Shown piece by piece: positions 19,175 to 31,000 of a stretch of DNA of 64,000 nucleotides (positions are counted from its first letter, which is position 1; the number at the start of each line of letters is the position of its first letter). Made by a program: the position numbers and the translations under genes. Location: positions 13,163 to 77,162 of the forward strand of contig SXIH01000067.1 of assembly GCA_005772895.1 (NCBI GenBank). The letters are read 5' to 3'. Origin of the DNA: Bacteroidota bacterium. GTDB lineage: Bacteria > Bacteroidota > Bacteroidia > 2-12-FULL-35-15. The notes beneath the pieces are model-generated. The model worked only from the letters and a program-made list of their open reading frames with translations, made no database searches and was not told the DNA's origin.

Positions 19175-21856
19175 TTGCAATTGATGCGTTCAATGGATAC
19201 CGAAAATCAACTTAATATTTCCGGACAAACTCCGAAAAAACCAAATCGTTTTTTTCGTTTTCTCAAGCGTCTTACTATTTTTTTTATTCTGCTTTTTGTT
19301 CTTCTAACCGGAACCGGTTTTGTGATTGGTTATTTCTATCAGGATGAGGTGAAAGAATATGTGATTGGTGAACTCAACAAACAATTAAATACCGAAATAA
19401 TTGTGGATGGAAAAGACATTGATTTTACAGTCATTAAAAATTTTCCATACGCATCGGTTGATTTCAAAAATGTAAAAGCATTAGAAGCTTTCAATCGAGA
19501 AGTACAAGAGCCCAGAAAGAAAGACACATTGTTTTCTGCCGGTACGATTTCCTTCCAATTTAATATTATGGACGTTTTTAAACAAAACTACCGTATCAAA
19601 AAAATGGAAATTGAAAATGTTGATTTGAAGGTGCGCATTGACAAGTATGGAAATGATAATTACCATTTTTGGAAAGAGTCAACTGATTCTGCAAACACTT
19701 CATTTGCATTTTCTTTGGAGGAAATTATTTTGAAAAAGATAAATGTCTCATTCAAAAATTTCAAAGCAAAACAAAACATTGATTTCTTGATTGAGGATTG
19801 CAATTTGGGAGGTAATTTTTCAGATGAAAAATATGATTTACAAACGACAAGTAACTTGTTTGTGAATGTGATAAAAATTGACAGCACTAATTTTTTACGT
19901 AAGAAAAATGTTCATTTGGAAGTTTCTTTGAATGTTGATAATACCTACCCGTCTTATAAAATAAAAAACGGAAAAATTAAAATTGAAGATTTGTTATTTG
20001 AAGTTGTGGGAAGCGTTTTAAACAGCAATAAAGAAGCAATTGTAAATCTGGGTGTAAAAGGAAAAGAAATGGACATTCAGTCGGTTTTATCATTGATTCC
20101 TAATAAATATAAAGGTGCAATGAATGAGTATGAAAGTGATGGGGAATTTTATTTTGATGCAATTATTAAAGGTGTTTTTTCAGCAAAGGAAAATCCTCAG
20201 ATTACTGCTGATTTTGGAATTAAGAACGCTGATATCACTCAAGTGAAAGACAATATAAAATTGCACAATGTAAATTTAAAAGGACACTATTTTAACGGAA
20301 ACAAAAATGCAAACGAACCGTCTTTGCTTACACTTATTCCTTTTTCTGCAACAATTGATGAAGGCACATTAGCCGGAGAATTGACTTTAAAAAATTTAGC
20401 AAGTCCAGCCTTCTCAGGAAAAATAAAAGCAAATTTGGATTTAGCAAACGTTCAAAAATTTATAAAAATTGATACTATTGAATCGGTCAATGGAAAAGTA
20501 AACATTGATGCTTCATTTAGTGGCGATGAAAAAAGTGTAAGCTCGGGAAATTATGAAAACATTACTACTACCGGTGATTTGAAAATTACTGACATGAATC
20601 TGAAGTTGAAAAATTATACGCTCAATTTTTCTGGAATTAATGGAGATTTCAAATTTGACAACAACGATTTAGCTGTGAATTCTTTTACAGGCAACATAGC
20701 AAAAAGTGATTTTGAGCTGAAAGGATTTTTTAGAAATATTGTAGGGTTTGTGATGAAAGAAAATGAAAGCATTATGGTAGAAGCAACACTGAATTCTGAA
20801 AATATAGATTTGAATGAATTGCTTTCAAACAAATCGGAGGAAAGTAAACCGGGAAAATATAAGCTGAGGTTTTCTGAATTTATTGATGTGAATTTGAACA
20901 GTGAAATTCAACATTTGGTGTTCAGGAAATTTGATGCAACAAATATTCATGGTGTTATCAAAATAAAAGATAAAAAAATGGTGGTTGACCCAATTGTGTT
21001 AAACACAATGAGTGGAAGCATTACTACCAGTGGTTTGATTGATGGGACCGACAGTACTAAATTGTTAATTACCTGTTTTTCGGATGTGAATAGAATAAAC
21101 ATTACAAAAATGTTTGAAGGATTCGAAAATTTTGGTCAGACAGCAGTAACGGATAAAAATTTAAAAGGAGTAGCAACCGCTAAAATTCAATTCGCATCAA
21201 TTTTGAGTCCGGATTTAAAGATGGATCTTGACAAATTATACGCAGGTGTGGAAATGACAGTTGAGAATGGAGAAATGAACAATGTAGAAGCAATGAAAAG
21301 TTTATCGCGATTTATAGAATTAAAAGATTTGGAGAACGTAAAATTTGCAACATTAAAAAATCAAATCGAAATAAAAAATCAGGTAATCACCATTCCTAAA
21401 ATGGAAGTAAAATCAAATGCTATAAATATAACAGCATCGGGTACACACACTTTCAAAAATGAAATTAATTACAGAGTAAAATTATCACTAAACGAATTGT
21501 TATCTAAAAAAGCTAAGAAAGCAAAAAAGGAAAATGATGAATTTGGAGAAATAGCAGATGATGGTTTAGGAAGAACTAATATTTTTTTATTAATGACAGG
21601 AACGGTTGAGAATCCAACCATAAAATACGATTCGAAAAGTGCTATAAAAAATGTGCAACAAGATTTGAAAGTAGAGAAACAAACGCTTAAAACAATTTTA
21701 AAGGAGGAATTTGGTTTGTTTAAGAAAGACACAACATTGAATAATAAAACTCCTAAAGACGATACCAAATTCATCATAAAATGGGATGAATCTGACAAAA
21801 AAGAGGAGAAAAAGGAGCTGAAAAAGCTTAAAAAACCTGAAGAAGAGGATTTTTAG
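19175..21856 (+). CDS. AsmA-family protein (outer-membrane assembly / lipid transport-like)
   Basis: 893 aa. Single N-terminal TM, then a long beta-rich periplasmic region. Architecture is typical of AsmA/TamB-like proteins. Confidence 0.55.
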   Translation: MQLMRSMDTENQLNISGQTPKKPNRFFRFLKRLTIFFILLFVLLTGTGFVIGYFYQDEVKEYVIGELNKQLNTEIIVDGKDIDFTVIKNFPYASVDFKNVKALEAFNREVQEPRKKDTLFSAGTISFQFNIMDVFKQNYRIKKMEIENVDLKVRIDKYGNDNYHFWKESTDSANTSFAFSLEEIILKKINVSFKNFKAKQNIDFLIEDCNLGGNFSDEKYDLQTTSNLFVNVIKIDSTNFLRKKNVHLEVSLNVDNTYPSYKIKNGKIKIEDLLFEVVGSVLNSNKEAIVNLGVKGKEMDIQSVLSLIPNKYKGAMNEYESDGEFYFDAIIKGVFSAKENPQITADFGIKNADITQVKDNIKLHNVNLKGHYFNGNKNANEPSLLTLIPFSATIDEGTLAGELTLKNLASPAFSGKIKANLDLANVQKFIKIDTIESVNGKVNIDASFSGDEKSVSSGNYENITTTGDLKITDMNLKLKNYTLNFSGINGDFKFDNNDLAVNSFTGNIAKSDFELKGFFRNIVGFVMKENESIMVEATLNSENIDLNELLSNKSEESKPGKYKLRFSEFIDVNLNSEIQHLVFRKFDATNIHGVIKIKDKKMVVDPIVLNTMSGSITTSGLIDGTDSTKLLITCFSDVNRINITKMFEGFENFGQTAVTDKNLKGVATAKIQFASILSPDLKMDLDKLYAGVEMTVENGEMNNVEAMKSLSRFIELKDLENVKFATLKNQIEIKNQVITIPKMEVKSNAINITASGTHTFKNEINYRVKLSLNELLSKKAKKAKKENDEFGEIADDGLGRTNIFLLMTGTVENPTIKYDSKSAIKNVQQDLKVEKQTLKTILKEEFGLFKKDTTLNNKTPKDDTKFIIKWDESDKKEEKKELKKLKKPEEEDF

Positions 21857-21930
21857 AGTAAATTGCTATCTGTAACAGTGTTTCTCCTAAAAAACACTAA
21901 TTTCGTACTCCAAATTAAAAAGGGCAATTC

Positions 21931-23433
21931 GTGAGCATTTATTCAAAAAAGCAGCAATGGAAATTGTGGTTGTTTGTAGCAGCCATTCTTATTATTGGTG
22001 TGTCCTTATGGTATACAAATACGTTGGTCAATAAAATTGCTCAGGAAGAAAGAGTGAAGGTAAAGCTATGGGCGGATGCAATTAAAAAGAAAGCCGACTT
22101 AGTAAAATACACCAACGAACTTTTTAATAAAATTAAAATTGATGAACGTAAAAAGGTAGAGTTGTGGGCTGAAGCAACTCGTCAGCTTTCTCAAGATTTA
22201 AGTGATTACGGTTTCGTTTTAAAAGTGGTTTCTGATAATACAACTGTCCCCGTTATTTTAACTGACGATCATGGAACTGTTATTACCTCCCGAAATTTAG
22301 ATCCAGAAAAAGAAAATGACAAAACATATCTGAAGTTGCAAATGCAAGCAATGCGTGCTAAGCAAGAACCAATTGAGATTACAATCTATAAAGGACAAAA
22401 AAATTATTTATACTACCAGGATTCAAAATTATTTTCTGAGTTGAAAAATAATTTGGACGATCTAATAAAATCTTTTATTTCTGAAGTAGCCGTTAACTCA
22501 GCATCTGTGCCGGTAATTTATACCGACTCAACCCGCTTAAATGTAATCGCTTCCGGTAATGTTGATTCTGTTAAAATTTCTGACCCCGGATATTTAAAGC
22601 AAACATTATCGATTATGTCGGCACAAAACCCACCCATTGAAGTGGAAATTGGTAATGGAAATAAAAGTTATATTTTCTATCAGGAGTCGACTTTGCTTAC
22701 TCAATTAAAATATTACCCTTATGTGATGTTTACTATCATTGGATTATTTTTATTGGTAGCTTATTTATTATTCAGCACAGCAAGAAGAGTAGAGCAAAAT
22801 CAAGTTTGGGTGGGAATGGCAAAAGAAACGGCTCATCAGCTAGGAACTCCATTGTCATCGTTAATTGCTTGGTTAGAATATTTACGATCAAAAGGTTTGG
22901 ATCCAGAAACAGCTGCAGAAATAGAAAAAGATGTTAAACGATTGGAAACAATTACAGAACGTTTTTCTAAAATTGGTTCTGTTCCCAAATTGGATTCAGT
23001 CGACTTAGTGAAAGTGCTTGATGTAGCAGTGAATTATATGAAGTTGAGAACTTCAAAAAATGTTATTTTCACCATTGAGACAAACAATCAAAAAGAAGTT
23101 TTCGGTCAATTGAATGTTCCTTTATTTGAATGGGTAATCGAAAATTTAATTCGGAATGCAGTTGATGCAATGGATGGAAACGGGTCAATTGTTATTTCAC
23201 TTTCCGACCAAACACAATTTGTTTACATTGATATTGCCGATACTGGAAAAGGAATTCCTAAATCGAAATACAAAACGGTTTTTGAGCCAGGCTATACAAC
23301 CAAACAACGTGGTTGGGGTTTAGGTTTGTCATTAACAAAACGTATTATCGAAAATTACCATGCAGGAAAAATATTTGTAAAGAGTTCTGAAATTGATAAG
23401 GGAACTACTTTTAGAATTGTGCTAAATAAATAA
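21931..23433 (+). CDS. Sensor histidine kinase (two TM segments flanking a periplasmic sensor domain, HisKA, HATPase_c)
   Basis: H-box ETAHQLGTPLSSLIAWLEYL; N-box NLIRNAVDAM; G-boxes DTGKGI and GWGLGLSLTKRII. Confidence 0.8.
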   Translation: MSIYSKKQQWKLWLFVAAILIIGVSLWYTNTLVNKIAQEERVKVKLWADAIKKKADLVKYTNELFNKIKIDERKKVELWAEATRQLSQDLSDYGFVLKVVSDNTTVPVILTDDHGTVITSRNLDPEKENDKTYLKLQMQAMRAKQEPIEITIYKGQKNYLYYQDSKLFSELKNNLDDLIKSFISEVAVNSASVPVIYTDSTRLNVIASGNVDSVKISDPGYLKQTLSIMSAQNPPIEVEIGNGNKSYIFYQESTLLTQLKYYPYVMFTIIGLFLLVAYLLFSTARRVEQNQVWVGMAKETAHQLGTPLSSLIAWLEYLRSKGLDPETAAEIEKDVKRLETITERFSKIGSVPKLDSVDLVKVLDVAVNYMKLRTSKNVIFTIETNNQKEVFGQLNVPLFEWVIENLIRNAVDAMDGNGSIVISLSDQTQFVYIDIADTGKGIPKSKYKTVFEPGYTTKQRGWGLGLSLTKRIIENYHAGKIFVKSSEIDKGTTFRIVLNK

Positions 23434-24575
23434 TGGCCGGCATCTACATTCATATTCCTTTTTGTAAACAAGCTTGCCATTACTGCGATTTTCACTTTTC
23501 CACATCTCTTCAAAATAAAGATGCCTTTTTAATAGCATTGAAAAAAGAAATTGTTCTTCAGAAAGCATATCTGAAATCAGAAAAAATTTCTACTGTTTAT
23601 TTTGGAGGAGGAACGCCTTCTTTACTTTCTAAAAATGAGTTAAATGAAATTTTTGATTGTCTGAAAAATAATTTTCAAATTGAAGAGGATGCCGAAATTA
23701 CATTGGAAGCCAATCCGGATGATTTAACGACAGAGAAAATTAAAGATTTGAAAGATACATCGGTCAACCGTTTGAGCATTGGAATTCAAAGTTTTTATGA
23801 TGAAGATTTAAAGTTGATGAATAGGGCACATTCTGCAGAAGAAAGTATTAAAGCAGTAAAACTTGCTCAGGAAAATGGTTTTGATAATATTACCATTGAT
23901 TTGATTTATGGGATTCCCGGACTTACAGATCATCGTTGGAGAAATAATTTACAAATTGCTTTTGCTTTGAATGTAAATCATATTTCTGCTTATTGCTTAA
24001 CAGTTGAACCTAAAACAGTATTGGCCAATCAAGTGAAAAAAGGCTTAGTGAAAAATGTAGATGAGCAACAAAGTTCAGAGCAATTTGAAATAATGTTGGA
24101 AGCCATGCATCAAAATGATTTTGTTCAATATGAAATTTCTAATTTTTGTAGGAATGGAGCTTTTTCAAAACACAACAGTAATTATTGGAAAAAAGAAATT
24201 TATTTAGGATTAGGTCCTTCTGCACATTCCTTTAATGGTTCAAGCCGTCAATGGAATGTTTCAAATAATGTATTGTATATTCAATCGATTGAAAAGGGAG
24301 TGCCAAATTTTGAAAAAGAAATTTTATCTGAAGCGCAACGCTACAACGAATATGTGATGACATCCTTAAGAACCATCTGGGGTATAGATTTGAAGTATGT
24401 TGAGCAACATTTCGGAAAAGAATATTTGGATTATTGTTTGAAAGAGGTTGGGGAATATATTAAATCAGAGAGTGTATTAGCTGAAGAAAATAAATTATAT
24501 TTATCGGATAAAGGAAAATTAATTGCAGATAAAATTGCTAGTGACCTTTTTTTTGTCCCTCTTAGGAGAGGGTAG
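23433..24575 (+). CDS. hemW: Radical-SAM heme chaperone HemW (coproporphyrinogen-III oxidase-like)
   Basis: N-terminus GIYIHIPFCKQACHYCDFH (CxxxCxxC) and ~380-aa length. Confidence 0.85.
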   Translation: MAGIYIHIPFCKQACHYCDFHFSTSLQNKDAFLIALKKEIVLQKAYLKSEKISTVYFGGGTPSLLSKNELNEIFDCLKNNFQIEEDAEITLEANPDDLTTEKIKDLKDTSVNRLSIGIQSFYDEDLKLMNRAHSAEESIKAVKLAQENGFDNITIDLIYGIPGLTDHRWRNNLQIAFALNVNHISAYCLTVEPKTVLANQVKKGLVKNVDEQQSSEQFEIMLEAMHQNDFVQYEISNFCRNGAFSKHNSNYWKKEIYLGLGPSAHSFNGSSRQWNVSNNVLYIQSIEKGVPNFEKEILSEAQRYNEYVMTSLRTIWGIDLKYVEQHFGKEYLDYCLKEVGEYIKSESVLAEENKLYLSDKGKLIADKIASDLFFVPLRRG

Positions 24576-24598
24576 GGAGAGGATAAAACTTATAAATC

Positions 24599-25357
24599 AT
24601 GATTTCAAAAATTACTCATAAAGGAAAATCATACAATGTTGATTTGGCTAAACCAATCGATATTTCTATTCCACTAAGAACAGGAAAAGAAAATGTGAAT
24701 GCCTGGTATTCAAATCCTGTTAGCATAGAACCGGTTAGGATGGGAGATTGGATTGGGGATGTGAAGCAAGGTGGCTCGGTAAATTTCAGAAACATTATGT
24801 TTAATCCGCATGGAAACGGAACGCATACCGAATGTGTTGGACATATCAGCAAAGAAGATTATACGATTAATCAAACTTTAAAGAAATTCTTTTTCATGGC
24901 TGAGGTTATTACGATTCTTCCAGACGAATTAGAAAATGGAGATAAAGTCATTACAAAAAAGCACATTGAAAGTTGTTTAGGAGAAAAAAGACCAGAAGCA
25001 ATTATAATTCGTACGCTTGATAATCACATTTCAAAAATCAATAAACAATATTCAAATACTAATCCTCCTTATTTATTAGAAGAAGCAGCAAAATACATTG
25101 ATGCATTGGGAATTGATCATTTGATGATTGATTTGCCATCGGTTGATAAAGAGGTGGATGATGGAAAATTATTGGCACATCATGCATTCTGGCAATATCC
25201 TCACAATACACAATTGCATCGTACAATTACCGAAATGATTTATGTTCCGAACACCGTTTATGATGGAACGTATTTGTTGAATATTCAAATTGCAAGTTTT
25301 GAAAACGATGCTTCTCCGAGTAAGCCATTGTTGTTTCAGTTGAATGTAGCAGTATAA
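24599..25357 (+). CDS. Cyclase-family protein (kynurenine formamidase-like)
   Basis: Metal-binding motif NPHGNGTHTECVGH (HxGTHxD/ExxxH-like). Confidence 0.5.
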   Translation: MISKITHKGKSYNVDLAKPIDISIPLRTGKENVNAWYSNPVSIEPVRMGDWIGDVKQGGSVNFRNIMFNPHGNGTHTECVGHISKEDYTINQTLKKFFFMAEVITILPDELENGDKVITKKHIESCLGEKRPEAIIIRTLDNHISKINKQYSNTNPPYLLEEAAKYIDALGIDHLMIDLPSVDKEVDDGKLLAHHAFWQYPHNTQLHRTITEMIYVPNTVYDGTYLLNIQIASFENDASPSKPLLFQLNVAV

Positions 25358-25480
25358 AAAAACACCCCGCTCAATCTGAACGAGGTGCTTTTCAATCTAA
25401 ACTAAACTTAATTAAAATAGGGTTTCATGAAATGAAAGCTGTAGTTTAATTTATCCCGACAAAAGTCGGGATCTTTCTTC

Positions 25481-26932
25481 TTACATCGCAAACGTAACTC
25501 CCACCGTGAACGGATAAACTTGTGGTCCTTTGTCTTTTTTGAATAATCTGTTCAATCCGTAATTTGCAAAGATGGTTACATCATTAAATCCTATTCTTGC
25601 AACAGCACTGTAGCGGAATGGTTCCAAGTTGAAATCATCTTTTTGTTTGATTTTAATGCGCTTGTCATCTGCTTCGTATTTTTGTTTTGTAACAGAGTGA
25701 ATTCTGTAAGCAATTTCTGCCCCAACTCCAATGTGTAAATTTTTACGAGGATTTTTGCTTGTATTGAATTCCAACATCAGTGGAACTTTTATGTAAGTAA
25801 CGTTTAAAATATTTTTTTTGTAATCAATTGTTGAGTCGATTGTTGCTGATAAATAAGTAGTGTCGCCATTTAAAGTAATGTTATTTTGAAAGGCGTAGGT
25901 GTTAAAATCAAAACCAAATCCAGTAACTAAGTTCATATAGTTCTTCACGATGTGAAAATCTTTTTCGTAAAGATTTAATCCAAATTGGCTAGACTTTGCA
26001 TAGTCTAATTCTAAAAAACTTGCGCTTGGTCCGAGGTCGATGCTGTTTTTGTAATCCATTAAGCCGTTTACACCAAATTCAATTCCGTTCCAGTGTTTAA
26101 ATTTATCGTTGTGATTGCGGGCAGAATCTTTTCCGGAGTATTTGTCATATTTATCTTCATCCTCATCATCACCAATAATCACATAGTTTTTTCCACCCAA
26201 TCTGATTTTAGTTGTATCGCTTGCAGTTTCTGAACCTGTTCCATCTTTGCTTTCGCGAACCGAACCTGCTCCGGAAATATTTACATTTCTGTCAACCGGG
26301 TTCCCTTTATAGATAACCGATCCGGCTCCTGAAACGTCAGCAGTTAAGCTTTGACTAACATTTACTTTTGCATCACCTGCTCCTGAAACTTTTGCAGTAA
26401 TTTTCATAGCTTCCAAATTAGAAGCTTTTAAATCTCCTGCTCCTGATACAGTTGCATCCAATGTTTGGGTGCTTCCTTTTAAAGTCACATCTCCAGCACC
26501 ACTTATATCTGCTTTTATATCGTTAGCTTTTAAATCCAAATGAATATCACCAGCTCCGTTTGTCAGAATACTTAATTTATCGCAAATTAATTGGTTCTCA
26601 CTTTTTATATCAGATGCTCCTGAGACTTCAATACTTGACAGCGATTTAATAGAAATGGCTATTGTGATATCATCATCTCCTTTTATGTTTCCTGCAGTAG
26701 AGATAACCAAGACGCCATCTTTTACATCTGTTTTAATTTGTTCCAAAACATTTTCAGGAGCATTTATTTTTACTGAGTTTACATCGCTTTGAGTGATTTT
26801 TATATCAAAAGCATCACCGGCTTCTATTCCGGTAAAATCTCCAACCGTTCTTGTTTGTTGAGCTGTTGCCGTTAAAAAGGATAAACCTGTTATTAGTGTT
26901 AATCCTAAAATTTTTGTCTTTATAGTGTTCAT
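25481..26932 (-). CDS. Secreted protein with N-terminal GIN/DUF2807 beta-helix-like domain fused to a C-terminal outer-membrane beta-barrel-like domain
   Basis: Signal peptide. Repeated SGAGD motifs (DISGAGDVTLKG, VSGAGDLKAS, ...) are typical of DUF2807. C-terminal ~240 aa has alternating amphipathic strands and ends ...TFAM. Confidence 0.5.
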   Translation of the reverse strand: MNTIKTKILGLTLITGLSFLTATAQQTRTVGDFTGIEAGDAFDIKITQSDVNSVKINAPENVLEQIKTDVKDGVLVISTAGNIKGDDDITIAISIKSLSSIEVSGASDIKSENQLICDKLSILTNGAGDIHLDLKANDIKADISGAGDVTLKGSTQTLDATVSGAGDLKASNLEAMKITAKVSGAGDAKVNVSQSLTADVSGAGSVIYKGNPVDRNVNISGAGSVRESKDGTGSETASDTTKIRLGGKNYVIIGDDEDEDKYDKYSGKDSARNHNDKFKHWNGIEFGVNGLMDYKNSIDLGPSASFLELDYAKSSQFGLNLYEKDFHIVKNYMNLVTGFGFDFNTYAFQNNITLNGDTTYLSATIDSTIDYKKNILNVTYIKVPLMLEFNTSKNPRKNLHIGVGAEIAYRIHSVTKQKYEADDKRIKIKQKDDFNLEPFRYSAVARIGFNDVTIFANYGLNRLFKKDKGPQVYPFTVGVTFAM

Positions 26933-27033
26933 GATTTTTGGTTTTTCTATTTATAATTTTGTAAAATTTATCAGCGCTTTATGTTTGTTTTTGAATAGGA
27001 CGATCAGGTGCTCTATAAGTTACAGCAGTGAAA

Positions 27034-27864
27034 TTATTTTTCGTAAGTAACGGTTGAATTAAAGCCAATACCCACCGGGGTAGCTTTTTGCCAGGTATCC
27101 TGACTCGTTTTTCTCCACATACTATTGCTGTCCATAAGACCAACACAAAAATATAGTTTGTTAGGCCCGTAATCTTCAATCCATTCTAATGAAACTAAAT
27201 AATCGGTATCTACCCATATATTATACTTTTTCATATCTACTGATAATGTTCCTGATTTTATGGATGTATTAACGTATATGGGTTCTTTTAAAAGAATGGA
27301 ATCTGGTTTTCCGTTTTTCATTGAATAGATATTGACACGAAATTTTAAATTCTCGATTTCATTTTTTGCAATATTGAAATTTACATTTTCAATATACGTT
27401 GGAGCTTTTTTGAGCTTCATAATTGTTCCCATCTCCGAACCTAAGTCGTTGGACTTAAATCCGGCCATTGCACTTTTATTATTGTTCTTATTTCCGAGCA
27501 CTTTGGTTTTTAATATTTTTGGTTTTACAACTACTTGAGATAATGTAAAAGTGTTGGGTTCTAAAAGAATGAGATTGGAGTTCTTGTTCAGTATTTTTAT
27601 CAAATCTTTAACAATATAACTTTGACTTTTATATCCAATGCACGAAAATTTTATTGTCTGAGAACTAACAGAATCGGGTAATTGAATAGTGAATTTCCCA
27701 TCCATGTCAGATACTGTTCCAATTCCTTTTCCTACAATTCCTACATTGATATAAGGCAATTCGTGTTTATCATTGGCATCTATAATTTTTCCGCTAATTG
27801 TTTGAGCCAAACAGCCCGAATCAATAGATAGCATTAAAAGTATAAATAATGAGATATGCTTCAT
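27034..27864 (-). CDS. Carboxypeptidase-regulatory-like (CarbopepD_reg_2) domain protein
   Basis: From the internal ATG: signal peptide MKHISLFILLMLSIDSGCLAQ, then TISGKIIDANDKHELPYINVGIVGKGIGTVSDMDGKFTI. Confidence 0.5.
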   Translation of the reverse strand: MKHISLFILLMLSIDSGCLAQTISGKIIDANDKHELPYINVGIVGKGIGTVSDMDGKFTIQLPDSVSSQTIKFSCIGYKSQSYIVKDLIKILNKNSNLILLEPNTFTLSQVVVKPKILKTKVLGNKNNNKSAMAGFKSNDLGSEMGTIMKLKKAPTYIENVNFNIAKNEIENLKFRVNIYSMKNGKPDSILLKEPIYVNTSIKSGTLSVDMKKYNIWVDTDYLVSLEWIEDYGPNKLYFCVGLMDSNSMWRKTSQDTWQKATPVGIGFNSTVTYEK

Positions 27865-28070
27865 TTCATTGGTTTTTACGTGGGACGACCTTCTCCACAA
27901 AAGGTTACATTTTAATAAATTTTATTTTACCTCTTTTTAGTCGCTATTTACCGCTCAAAAGCAACTAATTTGAATTTAAAGGCGTCTTTTGGTTAATTAA
28001 CAAAGACTTGTGTATAAGAGTTTTTTAGTATTTTTATATTTAAAGTATTTGTAGCATATTTGTAAGGAAA

Positions 28071-31000
28071 TTGATTATGAAGAATTTGAAAAGAAATATA
28101 CTCCTATCTCTTGTTTTATTACTGGTTACTTCAACATACGCTACCAATCTTTATTGGATAGGCGGTACTGGTAATTGGAATGATGCTAAACATTGGTCAC
28201 TAACTAGTGGCGGGACTTCCGCAAATGTTATTCCTACATCTAATGATGATGTTTATTTTGATCAAAACTCTTTTACTGCAGATAAACAAACTGTAAAAGT
28301 TATTGCTAATGCTGTTTGTCGCAATATCGACTGGAGTTTAATAGATGACAAAGCCATATTTTCGGCTGCTGCTTCCAGAACTCTTCAGGTTAATGGCTCT
28401 TATATATTGTCTCCTCTTTTAAATAATGGATTTAAAGGACAAACAATTTTTTCTTCTCAGCAAAATGGGAACACTCTAAAAACAGCAGGGAACAGAATCA
28501 TAGGAGATTTGATTTTTGATGGAACAGGCTCTTGGTCGTTGACTGATAATATTACAACCGAAGAAAATGTATCGATTAAATTGCTTCAGGGTTCACTTTC
28601 TACAAATGATAAAGCTATTAATTGTGGTAATTTCATTGGAAATTCTTCGAAAACCAGAACTCTAAATTTAGGCAGTTCTCAGATAATAGTAAACAAACTT
28701 TGGGATTGTAGTTCTCCAGCAAATCTTAGCTTAACTCCAGGAACATCCAGTATATTATTAAAAGACATTGTAGATAATTCTACATTCAGAAGTGGTGGTT
28801 TATTATACAATGATGTTGGGGTTTTGGTAACATTTTGTGTTCCATCAGGTACACCTTGCGTTGCTAATATTACAATCACAATGGCAGCAATTAATATTAC
28901 ATGTAACGGATTGTGTGATGGTTCTGCATGGGTAGTATCTGCTGCTGGAGGTTGCGGTGGTCCTTATTCTTTTGATTGGCAGGGTGCACTAACACCAAGT
29001 GGTGATTTTACAGATAGTATTTTTAATCTTTGTGCAGGTAATTACACTGTTAGAGTTACGGATGGCTGCGGATCGTTTTGTTTTTGTAATATCAACGTAA
29101 CAGAACCAAGTGTTTTATTTGATTATGAATTATTTACCACTCCAGCTACTTGTAATGGAGTGTGTGACGGTGTTGCAGCAGTAGATGCAACAGGGGGAAC
29201 CTTCCCTTATTCTTATGTTTGGACGCCTGGTGCGTATACAAATGATACTGTTTCAGTATTGTGCGCTGGGACTTATACAGTTGATGTTACGGATGCGAAT
29301 GGCTGTACAGGTAGTACAACTTTAGTAGTTACAGAACCGGCAGTGTTGGTTTCTCCCGGTAGCTCAACAGATGTTACCTGTTTTGGTTTTTGCGATGGAA
29401 CAGCGTCTGTAGTGGCAGCAGGTGGTTCTCCTCCATATACTTATGATTGGACACCAGGTGCCCCGACAGGAGATGGAACAGCCAGTATTACAAATCTTTG
29501 TCCAGGCAGCTATACTTGTACAGTAACTGATACTAATGCATGTTCCGCAACTTTTGTGGCAACTATTGTAGAACCTCCGGTTTTAACGCTTACTATGTCA
29601 CAGGTAAATGCTACTTGTGGTGGTATGTGTGATGGAACTGCAACGGCAACAATTACTGGTGGAACGCCTCCATACAATTATGTTTGGTCAAATGGTTCTT
29701 CAACTTTAACCGGTGCATTGTCAAATACAATTAGTGGTTTATGTGCAGGAACTTACACGGTAGATGTCACCGATGCAAATGGTTGTATTATTACCGATTC
29801 GGTTACAATTACAGAACCGGCAGTTTTGGTAGCTACTGCTTCGGGTACAAATGTGACTTGTTTTGGATTATGTAATGGAACAGCTACTGTTGTTGTAGTT
29901 GGTGGAAACGGAGGAAATACTTTTGATTGGACACCGGGAACTCCTACAGGTGATGGAACTGCAACTATTACAAATTTATGCCCAGGAACATACACTGTTA
30001 CAGTTGTTGATAATACAGGAATTTGTACTGATACAGGAGTTGTAGTAATTACTGAACCTGCACTTTTAGTTGCAAATCCGGTTGGGACAGATGTACTTTG
30101 TAATGGTGATTGTGATGGAACCGCAACAGCAACTCCTTCGGGTGGAACCCTTCCATATACTTATGATTGGTCACCTGGTGCTCCTTTGGGTGATGGAACT
30201 CCAACTATTACATCTTTATGTCCTGGAATATATACTGTTTTAGTTACCGATTTTAATCTTTGTACAAGTAGCCAAAGCGTTACCATTACTGAGCCACCTG
30301 TATTAGATGCTGCAGCTACATTTACCAATGTTACCTGTAACGGAGCATGTGATGGAACAGCAACTTCAACACCAACAGGTGGAACTCCTGGATATACTTA
30401 TCTTTGGAGTACGGGTGCAGTTACTCCAGGCATTTCTGGATTATGTCCGGGTTCATATACTGTTACTGTAACCGATGCAAATGGTTGTACAAATTCTGCA
30501 ACTGTTGTTATTATTCAGCCCAATGCATTAAGTGTTTCTGTTGTCTCTACAACTTTAGCATGCTTTGGAGATTGTGATGCAACAGCTACAGCAACTATAA
30601 CAGGTGGAACTCCATTATATACAATTGACTGGACACCAGGAGCTCCTATTGGGGATGGAACATTAACTATAAGTTCTCTTTGTGCTGGAACTTACACAAT
30701 TGATGTAATTGATGGAAACGGTTGCCCTGCAACAGCTTCAACAACTATATTGCAACCGACTGCTCTTACATTAGCAACAGCAGTTACAAATGTTAGTTGT
30801 TTTGGATTGTGTGATGGAGTAGCTGCAGCCATTGCCGGAGGCGGAACTCCGGGTTATTCATATTTATGGGCTCCGGGGGGACAAACAACTTCTTCAATTT
30901 CTGCTCAGTGTGCGGGAAGTTATACTGTTACTGTTACCGACTTAAATGGATGTACTTTATCAGATACAGTTACTATTACTGAACCAACACAGGTTTTTGC

